Assembly (NCBI GenBank): GCA_002104905.1
Contig: MCFE01000545.1
Location: forward strand, 1 to 60,027
DNA from: Basidiobolus meristosporus CBS 931.73
Lineage: Eukaryota; Fungi; Basidiobolomycota
Reading direction: 5' to 3'
DNA length: 60,027 nt
The notes under the pieces were generated by a model, which worked only from the letters and a program-made list of their open reading frames with translations, did no database searches and was not told the DNA's origin. Shown piece by piece: positions 14,858 to 27,203 of this stretch. Numbering within the stretch: position 1 is the stretch's first letter; every line of letters begins with the position of its first letter. Made by a program: the position numbers and the translations under genes.

Positions 14858-16077
14858 ATGCCCTCGAAACTCGATACCAAAAGCTTGCACTATGTACCGG
14901 TGAACGGTATTTCTACCAGCAAGTTTGCACTGCTCCATTCACTGCAACAAAAGGCCAGCAGAGCTTTTCTACTGAGGCAGTACGGGCCAGCCTGGACAAC
15001 GTGTCTAGACGGCCTGAGTGAACTTCAGAGTGAGCTGGATACCTGGCTCGGCCCAGTATCCCCCAAAACCTCGCTGCCGGCTGAATTGCTTGAACTACGA
15101 CGTAGGTTCTGGGTCCTGTATATCAATATCTTTGGGCTCAAGGAAAGACAAGAGCGGCAACACCACAACAACCACCAGGCCTTCGAACCCTCAAGCCGCC
15201 CGAGAAAAGCCTCGCCGGAAGGGTCGGAGATATGGAATATCATAGTGGCCTCCTACCAAAGGACCGGAGACGAGGTGGATGTGGAAGTGGTTATTGCTTG
15301 GTAAGTAGGGAAAGTTCACGGGTGTCGAGGTTGTCTCGCTCTTAATAGTTTGATTTCCACTACAGTGTGCTGTTGTACATCAACAAAAACCTGGGACTTC
15401 TGGCCAGGGATATCGTGGAGCATTGGCTGACCGTGTTGCCAGACTCCACCATAGACAGCCTCGAGCTGGTGAGGCTTGAGCGAGAGTCCACCCAGATCGA
15501 TGAAGATTCCGAGATCTCCAGGCTGTGGTTGAGCTATGAAAAAATCGTGGAGCTCTACGTCTTGCACATCCTACCAAAATTGGCCGAGTGGGACACGGCC
15601 CGTGAATTCCTACGCTACAATCCCATCATCTCCGCGTCCCGAAAGGGGGTATGGCAGTGCATTTTCGTCCCCAGGAGCCAGTCACTGACGAATTGCATTT
15701 AGATGTATCAGCAACGGGTCGAGAGACTTTTCCAGCGTTCGTTGAGGCCACGCAAAAGATCGAGCCTTTGTAGCCTATCAAGCCACCTGCAGACCAAGCA
15801 TGCTCAAGAAATGGCCCCTAAAACTGATTCACAGCCTGACGTTACTTCCGATGAAGCAAGTGAATCATCCCCTAAAATAGATGCAGTGCCATTGACAACA
15901 CAACCCCCAAACTCCCCTCGTAAAGACCCTCCCAGCAAGAAGACTATGTGGACCTGGCTAGTTCGAGGTAGAGCTGGAAGTGGAGTTCTGATAATACTAG
16001 TGCTTATACTTATTGGATTCATAACTCGTAAGAGATCTCTTGTACAAATAGCAAAACGGATAATAAACTCGCTATGA
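14858..16077 (+). CDS. PEX26: Peroxin Pex26-like tail-anchored membrane protein
   Basis: ASRAFLLR...RFWVLYI and IVELYVLHILPKLAEWDTAREFL resemble fungal Pex26; C-terminal hydrophobic segment followed by basic residues. Confidence 0.6.
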
Positions 16078-16164
16078 AAGAATTCTCTTTACTAGGGTTT
16101 ATATATATCAGTGACGTTGCAGCTGTTGGGATGCGAAGGAACCGGGTGTCAACCGTAGGGCTGC

Positions 16165-17000
16165 TTAGTTTTGAAGCTTTCCTTCACATTGGGATAGCAG
16201 CAGCTCTACGTCATGATTGAATAGATCCTCCGCGAAATGACCTACTTGGTCGAACCAGGCGGCGAAGCTTTGGTTGATCTGTTGTTCCACGGATTTACCC
16301 GACTTGGGGTCGGTCAGTTTCATGGACAACTGGTAGATTGGATTGTAGGCCTTGGTCAAAACACCAACCTCCAACTATTCCACAGCGGTTAGAAACGATG
16401 GCGCGGTCGCCGTTTGGTGTTGTAAAATTACCTTTAGGTTGGACTCCTTGTTTACCCCTACAAACACCACGTTCTTTTGGATCTTCCAGGTGTAGAGAGT
16501 CATGGCACTGCTGAAAATAAAATACCTAGTCGAAGGGGTTAAGAGACGTCCTTTACCAGCGGTATGCACCAACACAGCCTTACCCAAGTACACAGCCGGC
16601 CACTATCAGTTTCGAATCTTCGAAGCTCATCTTGTAGCTGACGTATACTGATATCCCAGCAAAAGCGCAAGCGATGTAACCGAACAGCAGCTTGATGTCA
16701 TTGTGCTGGTGGGATTCTTGGTAGCCAAGTTTTTTCGTAAGGAACTATCGGTTCGTGGGAAGTGGTTTAGCGCAACGTCAGACACGGGTCTCCGACCTGA
16801 GGTCAACGAGATACTCACCTTGGGTAATGCTTCATCGCATGCTATCCGCAATTCGCTGATGCTACCGTTATTGACGACAGGTAACTCTTGGAAGGTTTCT
16901 ACAGGTGCAAATGTTTAACGACTTGCACATCGCGTGTAGTGAGGGTTGCTTGCCTCTCGTCGTTACCTGGTTGGTCGTCTTTCGTAACTTTTTCGGTCAT
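16165..17000 (-). CDS. SPC2: Signal peptidase complex subunit 2 (SPC25 family), multi-exon
   Basis: RIACDEALP, TM segments, YTWKIQKNVVFVG, KAYNPIYQL, FAAWFDQVGHF motifs. Confidence 0.75.
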
Positions 17001-17239
17001 CTCGTTGGTTTAACTATGGCACAGAGTGTGGTGGCAGCAATCTAAGCTGAATTTAACTCAACGATGTCAAATGATAGGAGATGAAATTAGTTACGTTGAT
17101 ACATTGACTTTGACGAATCCGTCTCTGATTTGTTGTTTTTCACATTGGCCCAAGGGATTATGCTACGATGGGCCGTATCACGTGAATCGGTTTGGCATTT
17201 AAGCAGATAGGTTTATTTATACATGGAGATACAATTACT

Positions 17240-18569
17240 TCAATTCAAAAGGAAAAGCATGATTAGGAGCAGATAGATTGTGCCACATGGATTTACAGGC
17301 CTGGTAGTCGAAGAGGCAGCTGGTGTGCCATCGCTATGCCTGTTACTTCCCGGGACGTTGGGCACTGTAGTATTAGGATCGATGCTAGGTGCGTCATAAC
17401 CAGGCCCAGGCCACGGTGCTGTCTCGTTGCCATCGTACTTGCACTGGATATCTACCCAATCCACATACATTTTGTAGACTCGACTGGACTCGGACCAATC
17501 TGTGCGACCACCAGCCCATTGGGACGTGCCGTCCGAGGCTTGGCCAGCATCCCAGATACTGAGTTGGATGCGTTGTGGACGATACGGAAACTTGAATTCA
17601 TTGAGGTCGGGATCCCACGTATCTTGTCGGTTTACAGTACGAAGTACTCGACCATCAACCGACCATCTAACAAAGTTCTAGGTTGGTAAAGGGTTGCAGG
17701 ATGGCATATACAATTGAGCTTACTTGATGTAATCGGGCTGCCAGTCAATGGTGTAGACATGATAGTCCACGGAGGTGTCAGCCTCTATGACGGAAGATCG
17801 GACATTTGAGTAGTTCAGGACGTTGTTGTAATAGAAATTTTGTTGAACCTCGCGGGGGTTTTTGCCAACCCACTCGAAATCAATCTCATCACCAAACAGA
17901 TTCCTGGTCTAGAAGCGAGCATGAATTTGAGAGGCATAATGGGTGCTACCTGTCCACCGGGTACTTACGATGAATGATGATACCACTCCGGGGGATGTGG
18001 ACGCGGTTTTAATTCTAGCAGTCACCACACCATAATCTAGCCATCTAATCAGCAGCATGAGCCAACCGTTGCAGAGATGTGTCCGCAGAGCCTTACCTAA
18101 CGGAAGAAACAGTAGCACCGAATCCTTGCTCTCGACCAAACTCATTCTTCTGCTGGTCTAGAGGCATGCTCAGAACCAAGCTGCCGTTCTCAACGGAAGC
18201 ATGATCAGGCAAAAAATCACTCGTCCAGTCCGCAACCGATGGATCGCCAGTGAAGTTTGCCACCTCGGCAATCTTAGGATGGCTAAATTCCTCGCGGAAG
18301 CTGACACACTTGGGCTGTGGATAGCAACTGGAGGGCTTGAAAGAGTTTTCGGGCTCACAACCGACTGCACAGTATCTGGAATCATTGCTGCACCATCCTT
18401 GCAAGCAGCAAGGGGCGCTCTCCAGACAATTGGCACCAAAGTTGGTGCAAATAGCCGAGGTGCCAGTGAAGAGGCATAGTAAAGATACGAGAGCAAGCTA
18501 CACAACAAATAGGTTAATAGACAGGTTTGGCATGTGAGTTGGATGTGTACTGACATGTTTTTCGTTCAT
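17240..18569 (-). CDS. Crh/Utr2-type GH16 chitin transglycosylase with a CBM18-like Cys domain and a probable GPI tail
   Basis: Signal peptide, then CTNFGANCLESAPCCLQGWCSNDSRYCAVGC, YGVVTARIK, DEIDFEWVG catalytic motif, DYHVYTIDWQPD, and a hydrophobic C-terminus. Confidence 0.85.
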
Positions 18570-18771
18570 GGTTCACACGGTTGGGTAGGTGATGGTAGGA
18601 AGCAGCCTGGTTAAATACCCAAGCGCCATCAAGTGAAAGCCAGGAAAATCAGAGAAGAGTAGACAATGAGTCTAAGACCAAAAGAGGCGCCTCAAACGTA
18701 GATGTATTCATAGATTGTAAAGCAAAAAGTAGGTGTGGTGATGGATGTACTAACGTACGCTAAAATTAACC

Positions 18772-19900
18772 TTAAAACCAACGCAAAAACTTAAAGCTCC
18801 ACCGCTCATAGTAGGTAGGTTAGTGACATCACCGGAGTTGTTAATTGTGATATAAGCAAGATTAGAATGTAGTGTAATGCGTAGTGTAATGCGTAGTGTA
18901 ATGCGTAGTGTAATGCGTAGTGTAATGCGTAGTGTAATGCGTAGTGTAATGCGTAGTGTAATGCGTAGTGTAATGCGTAGTGTAATGCGTAGTGTAATGC
19001 GTAGTGTAATGTGTAGAGTGCAATGCAATGTAAATGGAGAAACATACTTTCAACCACGACTCATCATCCATCAATCGGATATTCATCTTTAATGGTATTT
19101 GATCAGATTTGTACATTCAATATTGACTGGGGATATGTAACAGGCATTGTAGCAGCCATCGTAGCAGCCATTGTACCAAGTATTTGCACATTCATCGTCG
19201 GATCTGCTCCAAAACCAGCAGCTGTTTATGTCGGACAGCCAAATTCCAGTGGTAGCACGCTTGGTCGTAGCTGATGGCCTGACCTTTCAAGCGGAAGGGT
19301 GTCACCTTCATGTAGACTGGGGTGTCCTCCATCTGGTTGTACAAGTACCGTAGATCTCTCTCACCTCTACTTAGGTAAGCAATGTTCACATCATTTGAGT
19401 GCAGGCTCATCCGGCTCATATTTTGCATCACAACGTCCATGCTTTGGCACATCTTCAGTCTATTCCGGAATGAAAAATGGGGGAATAAGGGTAATTAGGA
19501 AATGGAGGCGGAATGCTAGTGTGTTGAATGGCTCGAGTGAACCTTTTGATAATGGTCTGTGAATCTCTCTCGGTGCCAAGCCCCGTATATATATATTGCT
19601 GCATCGGCGGGATGCGTGAAACCTCGGTGGTAATCACACGTCATTACCCATCCCAAGAGATTGGTATGCAATGAGGAGGATAGGGTGGAAGCAGCGTGAC
19701 AACCATGACATCAGAATTAGCGCCGATCCTCATGCTACCATCACCCATCACGAATCTATGTAGAGTTGAGGTAGGTTTGCTTATCACCAATCTGGGTAGA
19801 CTTGAGGCTGGTATGCGTCAAAATAATGAACGCTAGGCATGAATGCACCTTTGTATAATGGGAGTGACAGCTGCCTGACATCATGATTTGTGTCACGATC
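18772..19900 (-). CDS. Possible multi-exon gene of unknown function
   Basis: Several consecutive minus-strand open segments with plausible splice sites, ending ...DDESWLK|FLRWF*. No recognisable family. Confidence 0.3.
18869..19012. repeat. 12-bp minisatellite (GTAGTGTAATGC), 11 perfect plus 1 near-perfect copy
   Basis: Read directly from the sequence. Confidence 0.97.
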
Positions 19901-20045
19901 AACAGTTTGTTTCATCTACCATCTAGTGCCTAGTCTCTGATCTGTTGAACAATACATGGGCCAGGATAGGGAGGTTTGCTTAACGGCAATTTGCTTTACT
20001 TGGACAATTCAAAATTGATAAATCAGTCTATTCAAAGTGGCCCTC

Positions 20046-21969
20046 CTAGTCGAAATCGCCAGTGAGATCGGCGAACTCCATCTCGTCTTCGATATATATA
20101 CGGTGCTCTTGACACCCGTAACTGGAGGGAATAATCTCTATCAGGGTATCTCTTGGAATGTGGATATGTGGGATGTATGTGGTGGGGCGGCCGAAATAGT
20201 AGGCGTAAAGCGTGCGCAAGACTGGCTCATCAGCCAAGATCATGACGTCGTTCTTCTCTCTCTCGAGTTGCAGGATTACCGCCTCCAGTCGAATGGCCAG
20301 CTCGTGATAGGACTGCACAAATGGAACAGGTCAGTGGAAAAGAATACCCTCGTAATACTGATGACCACAAACCTCTCCACGGGGGTAGCGATGATTGTAA
20401 GGATCCTGCTGATGCTTCTCAAACTCTTCTGGATACTTTGCCTTCACTTGGTCTTCGGTCATTTCATCGACTTCGCCAGGATTAAGCTCCAACAAATCGG
20501 AGATCTGTCGAACTTGGATGTCATCTGGGAATGATTGCACAGTCTCCAACATGCGGCGACGGCTGCTAGTCCAGATCTACATGACGCCAGATCAGCATCG
20601 CTCGCACACTCCTTTTGCGCGACTAAAATGCACAAACCGTCAATGGGCGAATCTCCTCGCCACTTAGTATTTTTCTGCGTCTATGCGTCAGGACGACATT
20701 CTTAAGGCTTTCGCCGTAACGTACACCACGGCTGCTCAGTGGGGGGTCAGCTTTGTAAGATTCAATGGTGGTTTCACCGCACTAGTCAAGAAACAGATTA
20801 AGCTTCGAGCTCAGCAACATTTCCAAACTTCAGGAATTACCATAGCAAAATAGATGGTCCTTTGGTTGATGTGTAGGTTCATCAGATAGAACACAATTCG
20901 AGTCTGTAAGGTGAGTTGACGTTGGTAAAGGCGATAACAGTCACAAAGCAAAACATAGAGCATACAGGAAGATATCCACGGATGTTGTTCAAGATGAACT
21001 GGTCGCCGGCATTGATAAGCTTTACGAAGCTGAGGGCTCTGTCGGTGATAGTCTCGTAGTAAGGCACTTGGCTGTTGATTCGACGCTGGATCAGAAAGAA
21101 GCCATCAGAACACCGTCGCAAACCAGAAGGCCATGAAAGACATGCACATACCACAAAATCCTTGACGGCATCGTTGGGGTTCCAGGTATTGTACTTTGAA
21201 AAGTCCGGTTAGAACTCGTCGAGAACTGAACAGTGTTGGTGCACAAAACACATACGTCTGGGGATGAGATCTTCACGTTACGAACGTTGGCCTCAATAAT
21301 CTTTGGATCATCACAGATCGACTCTGGTTCAAGATGTCAACAAGCTGAAAATGGTGCGATAAGAACCTGCGGACTAACCAATAAATATCGTCTAAAGGCA
21401 CAAAGGTTAGTGTCATGCTCGACAAGAAAACCCTGGTTCAGCTTACCTGGATGCCGTTTCTCTCCAAAACATCCAGCACAACCCGACGTCTTTCCTCGGT
21501 AATGTTGGAAGCGTCATAGATTCCCACTTGCCCTGCGGACTTCAGCCATTTTATCATATCCTCGAGCGCGATATCAGCAACTTCATGGCGGCGATCGAAT
21601 GTGCCTTCTTGATCTGAATGGGAATATTTGGGTCAGAATGCAACCCACGAGAATACATATCCTTGGGCAATTACCGGGTGTAAAATCCTCGTGGTCAACC
21701 TTCTTGGAGAATAATCGTCTGCGATAATCACCCACATGGAATACCTGGGTCGGAACGCCTAACCAACGCAGATAACGACGAAGGGACCGACCGACATGTG
21801 TCTTCCCTCGAGCGGGAAGGCTTATATGGAATTCGGGTTAGAAAGATGAAGGCAAGAAGGATTTTTCAGCTCTCCACACTCACCCGACAAGCACCAAGGC
21901 AATGGTTCCGGCATTGAACAGCCTACCTGGATCAGCTTTTCCAACTGGACCAACTTCAGTTTTCACCAT
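20046..21969 (-). CDS. 6-phosphofructo-2-kinase/fructose-2,6-bisphosphatase family protein (YLR345W-like), multi-exon
   Basis: LVGLPARGKTHVGRSLRRYLRWLG, FHVGDYRR, SYKADPPLS, QQDPYNHRYPRGESYHELAIRLEAVILQLER. Confidence 0.9.
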
Positions 21970-22474
21970 AACCAAGTATCAAAGAGATGGAATAAATGTC
22001 CCAAGGCTTAGGGATGGTCAGAAATTTATAACCAATTTTAATTACACCAATGTGTGATGAAAAATTACAAACGTGTAGAGTCTAGTGTAGTTGGGACCTG
22101 GTTAATCAAGATCGAAGATTTTCTGTACTACCTTCCATCCTTCAATTCGGAATTAAGTTTTTTATAATCCTCTCCATCAGACGCAGACGCCTCATAGGTA
22201 GAGAATTAAGCCAAATGAGTAGCTCAAAAATTTGCATATTAAATGGACGGGGATTCTGCATGGATTTAGTGGCTCAATATTCTGCATAATACATGAATGA
22301 CCGCTGAATATTCTGCATATTGCAAGGATGATGATTTAGATTCAGAGGCGTATTTATTGTCGTAAATAACAATGAGACATTAGGTAGCAGTATGTATGTA
22401 TAATGATTGAGATAGCACCCAATATGAATGAGAGGTATTTACATCACTTGTGAATTGCTTAATATTACAAAGAG

Positions 22475-22762
22475 TTATTCCTTGTATATACTGCGAAACT
22501 CCCAATTTTGCAGCATGTCTGGTTGTAGCTGCTGGCCGTTATTTTCGACCTGGCGCAACAAAGCGGGATACAAATCCCAGTTGGCCGGGGGAGAGGTAGC
22601 ATATGACATTTGCTCGGCTTCGGGAATGCGGTGGTTTTCGAACTCCCTCAACAGTCTGGGATACAGGTCGAGGTCGTGATAGTTGGTTGGAGAGCAACTG
22701 CCGACAGTGGCTCCGGAAACAGATGTCTTGCGAGCAGATGGGATGTTTTGCGGGGTACTCAT
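22475..22762 (-). CDS. 95-aa unknown microprotein with two DLYPxL(L/M)R(E/Q)xEN repeats (paralogue A)
   Basis: Intronless ORF whose protein sequence is conserved with 23470..23751 despite many synonymous DNA differences. Confidence 0.75.
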   Translation of the reverse strand: MSTPQNIPSARKTSVSGATVGSCSPTNYHDLDLYPRLLREFENHRIPEAEQMSYATSPPANWDLYPALLRQVENNGQQLQPDMLQNWEFRSIYKE

Positions 22763-23116
22763 GTTGCTTGTTGGGTTGGAACTAGGGATGAAGTTTGGAT
22801 AGACCAGTATATGCGCATGGGATTATATAGCACACCTGGTTCTGATAACCCTTCCAGCGTTGATCATATGCCCATCTCCTATGTTCTTATTAGTACAGTC
22901 ATGCCGTATATCACGTAAACATCTACTCTAGATCGAGCCAGGTTCGACTCACTGGCCCCAATCGTTGAGATCAGCTGACGGTGTCTGGGCGGAATTCGAT
23001 AAATTGATATCACATTTCGCTAGATTGATTTGGGACAACTCCCATATGGTTTATTCTTAGAATGGTCTAGTTCTTACCAGTAGAAACTGGTTACCTTTAT
23101 TCAAGTTGTATTCCAA

Positions 23117-23206
23117 GTGGTTTATATCTCATTGGTTTTTCCAGCAGTGGTTTATATTTCGTTGGTTTATATCTCATTGGTTTTTCTACAGGTGGTTTAT
23201 ATTTCG
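23117..23206. repeat. 2 x 45-bp tandem duplication containing four TGGTTTATAT motifs
   Basis: Read directly; lies between the two divergent microprotein genes. Confidence 0.85.
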
Positions 23207-23469
23207 ATCGACCTCAGCTATTGGATCAAGAATCCTATTCTAGAGCATCAGCAGCAAGTCCCGCATTGGGTGCTTGAGCAAACCTGAAACTTAGCTCAAT
23301 GTGACTTGTCCCAGGTATGCTGACTCCGTCAGACACCAATTATGTCTCCGTATGTTGGTCGTCATATAGAGTGATTAGTTCCGCCCAATCACCACTCACT
23401 ACAGGCCTCTTTCGAGGAATAAATAAGGGCCGTCGGTAATCCACTGAGTAATCCATTGAATCCAACAAC

Positions 23470-23751
23470 ATGTCTTCTGCCTCACATTCAAACTCATCTT
23501 CTCGGAAGAATTCTTTGGAAGGGGAAGGGGGCCACCCCATGACCCACTACTACGACGTCGACCTGTACCCCAAACTCATGCGCGAGTTCGAAAACCACTG
23601 CCAGCACGAGCAGTTGGTGACCACTTCGCCCACAGACTATGATCTCTATCCTTCGTTGATGCGTGAGATCGAGAACCAAGGTGCCCGCAAACAGCCTGAC
23701 ATGCTCCATGATTGGGAGTTTCGCAGCTACCGCAAAAATTGGCTCTGGTGA
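23470..23751 (+). CDS. 93-aa unknown microprotein with two DLYPxLMRExEN repeats (paralogue B)
   Basis: Paralogous to 22475..22762; shared RKxS, DLYPxL x2 and QPDML..WEFRS blocks. Confidence 0.75.
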   Translation: MSSASHSNSSSRKNSLEGEGGHPMTHYYDVDLYPKLMREFENHCQHEQLVTTSPTDYDLYPSLMREIENQGARKQPDMLHDWEFRSYRKNWLW

Positions 23752-24180
23752 TACACCAATGAAGTCATCCTTTCATAATCTTACATATACACGGCTCTGT
23801 AATTTATCATGAATATATTAATAAATCTTATCAGCTGCATTCATTTGCTATGGAAACACTTGGTGTAGTTTAAGCAGTCACTGCGCTTCAACTTAATCAC
23901 CAAAATCACTGATCCTACGCACAGCATTTGTTACATCCACCAATTCGCCTCCCTGGTAAGCGAATTGTGACAAAAGGATAGATGAATCTACAAATTTGCT
24001 GTTAAATTTAGCGATGATCTATGTTTTGCCTTACTCCGTTCTACAGCATTCCACGAATCCTGTGGTACAAAGGACTATATGTTATCAGGTACGGATTCCT
24101 TCTTCTACACCAAAAGCAAGGGTCTAAGAAATAGCTCTCCTCTAGATGCTTGTTAGTTCCCAGCACACAATATCTGACAG

Positions 24181-26079
24181 ATGAACACTTTACACTTAGA
24201 TAGTACGAAGCGTGTTGGACGTGATAACGGTTATGTCGTTCTGCATGAATTACACGAAGACGCGGAGGGTAGGCTGCACTGCTCTCATGTTGATACATCA
24301 GCACATGCGTTTTCAGAGCTGGTCTATTCATTCAAATTACTATTGTAGGGGAGTATGGTGAGCTTGACGTTCCTTTGGAACTAAACGAGAACAAACGCAC
24401 GGGGTCCAACTTTGGTGCATACTTTAATGTCGTGTAAGGCTTTCCTCCTCATAGTTAGATTTCTCAAGGGTTATACCAAATGACCTGGAAGTATATCCCC
24501 CAAAGTGCAGCTTTCTCACAGTTCTTTCTTCGTGACAAAGTTGCGTCATTGCCGGCACTGGGACTATATCCTTTTCCTCTCTGGAGTTGTTGCATTCCTT
24601 AGAAACCCCCGTTATGCTTAACTCCAACAAACCTACAGATACCGTTTGCGCTACAGCAAGCTGGTTGGCTTGGAATCATACTGATATTCCTTGGCGCAGC
24701 AGTAGCCACATACACAGGGATTCTACTGATCAAATGTCTATACTACAAAGGGTTTGTGGCTCCAGATTCTGTTTGTAGCTATTCGACTTCATTGACACAT
24801 AGTGTGACGTTCCAGAGGAGATCGGCTGGATGGGTTTCCTGCCATTGGGGAAGCAGCGTTTGGTAAATTTGGCAGGATGCTGGTCAACGTATTTTATTAC
24901 TCGATACTTGTAGGTGGCGCATGCGTTTATCTGGTTCTTTCTGGTATCAACATCGACCAGATTGCGAGTGCACGTGGGTCTACGATAAGCCTTACTACAT
25001 GGTAACTCATTCTTGTAGCATGCGATGCGAGGCTATGTGAATCTAAATCAAGAGTGCTGTAGGATTGCCATAGCGGCTCTTATCATATGGGTTCCGTTCG
25101 TGGCGTGCAAAAGCCTCAAGGAAGTAGCCATATTAGCGTAAGACGTATCAATGCGGAGGTTGTTTCTATCGAGTACTCATCCGTATATCGCAGAATCTTT
25201 GGCGCGGTGGCTACAGGCATCGTGGTTGTTGTAACAGTCGTTGTTGGACTTGAAGATCTACACCAGCCCAAGAGCGCTCCCATTACTCACAACATATTGG
25301 TCATATCCAACATCCCGATCGCGCTTGGGTCGATTGGCTTCTCCTTTGGTGGCAACGTGATTTACCCGCACGTCGAGGAAACGATGAAAAACCCTAGGGC
25401 CTGGCCCAAGGTCATCATCGCAGCAATGTCAACATGTTGTGCAATGTACATTATCATAGGGATTGTGGGATATCGGGTCTACGGAAACACCACAGTGTCG
25501 CCTATATTGCTGAATTTACCAACAGGTTGGCTTACCCCTTCTCGCCCCAAGCGATAGAAAGTCCTGGGCAATGGCTAAACTGACTTCACTCCACCTGTAG
25601 GATTCGCCACCACACTAGCCACCATCTTGATTACGCTACATGTCATTGTCGCGGCGCCCATATATCTTACGAGTTGCGCCCTTGAGGTATATCATCCATT
25701 ACGAATCTCTCGATATTGCTGCTCACCCATTGCTTAGCTAGAGACCATCTTGAAAATCGATCGCAAGTACCATACAGCGCGAAACGAGTTCCTCCTCCGC
25801 TTCGTTCTGCGCACCGCCATGATGATTGTTCTGATAGCCGTTGGTATGACAGTGCCATTCGTGGATGACCTCATGTCATTGATAGGCGCCTTGGCGACGT
25901 GTATGGTGCTGTTCATTCTTCCAATCGTGTTCTACTGGAAATTGTTTGGATTCAAGGTGATGGGCAAGCTCGAGACTGCCTGGTGCGTGTTCATCATTCT
26001 CTTCGGCATCATTGGATGCGTGTTTGGAACGTTGGCGGCGTTCCGCAAGTTGATGGAGGATTTCGCAGCACATTCTTAG
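24181..26079 (+). CDS. Amino-acid transporter (AAAP/Aa_trans, AVT1-like), multi-exon
   Basis: GSNFGAYFNVVCVIAGTG, PFALQQAGWLG, YTGILLIKCLY, FSFGGNVIYPHVEETMKNPRAW; many TM segments. Start approximate. Confidence 0.9.
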
Positions 26080-26297
26080 CCAGGCTTAGTGAGTGGGCGA
26101 ATGTGAGCGGGAGTGTGAATAATAGATATATTGCTTATCAAATTCAATTAAATTCAATCTCTGGTTAACATGCCATCTCCCGCCCACCCAGATGGTTGCT
26201 GGAAAAAAATTCCGCTTGATTTTTTTTTTGGTGTGTATGTGTGCGAGTGACTTGATGGATACGGTCCACTTGGCCTTTTTTACTTCCCAAGCATAAT

Positions 26298-27048
26298 ATG
26301 TTCAAGCGCGTGACCAAGGGTTTAGAGGAAGTAGCGGAATCCTCCGACAGTGAATTAGATAGTTTCTCCGAGGGAGAGGAGCAGGAGAGTGACTTTAACT
26401 CGGAAGAAGAATCCTATCTCAAAAAGGCTCTGGAAGAGGCTGGAATAAGCGAGGAGGAGGACTGGGATGATGACAGTGATGTAGAGAAGACCACCGGACT
26501 GAAAGTAGGAGAGCTCGATAGAGAGGAATCAGACAGCGAAGCCCACAGTGAAAATGGGGACGACGACAGTGATGAATCCGCTAGCGAGGGAGAAGAGGGA
26601 GAAAAGGAAGAGAACGAAGAGAACGAGGACGCAGCTTCTGAAGAGGCGGAGGACGAATACAAGACAGTCTTTGCCTGCGATCTGTGCCCAGAAAAGGTCC
26701 TAAAGGATGAAAAGATGGTCGAATTACACTTAGCAAGCCACGTATGTTCCCAGCGATGCTATTCAAAATGAACGTTTGCTTATATCAATCTACAGGAACA
26801 CAAGAAACGCGAAAGACGCTTGAGACAAGAGCAAAAGTTGAATCGGACCCCAGAGGAAATCGAGAAATTGAAGGCCAAAAATGCCAAGAAGAAGGCCAAG
26901 AGCCTTTCGGCCAAGAAAGAGGTGGGTGGAGACCAGAAATATTCCAGCAAAATCACCAGCAACTAACTGTTCTTTACAGGCTTTGAAGAAGAAGAGAAAA
27001 GCGAAGAAGGAACGCCAGTATCAAAATAAGATGGCCAAGACCCAGTAA
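26298..27048 (+). CDS. Acidic/basic protein with a C2H2-like zinc finger (probably nucleolar)
   Basis: D/E-rich N-terminus, CDLCPEKVLK...HLAS...H, K/R-rich spliced C-terminus. Confidence 0.65.
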
Positions 27049-27203
27049 ATGGGGACATTCATCTCCACTCCACTTTCTCTCCGTCTATTGATTGTATATT
27101 TCACAGTAGAGTTGTAATAGAAACACGGGATTTTATTCTTCATGTAATGGCAAACCGAGTAAACGAAAAGAATTACACCAGCTCACGCAATCCATTGTTC
27201 GTA

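Noticed and set aside
18750-19116. ORFs with LRIT/HYAL/HYTT/MRSV repeats
   Set aside because: Translation artefacts of the 12-bp minisatellite.
22936-22958. Second box-B-like hairpin GCCAGGTTCGACTCACTGGC
   Set aside because: Isolated T-arm-like hairpin with no cloverleaf around it.
23340-23540. 66-aa minus-strand ORF overlapping microprotein B
   Set aside because: No paralogue or family support; the plus-strand ORF has paralogue evidence.
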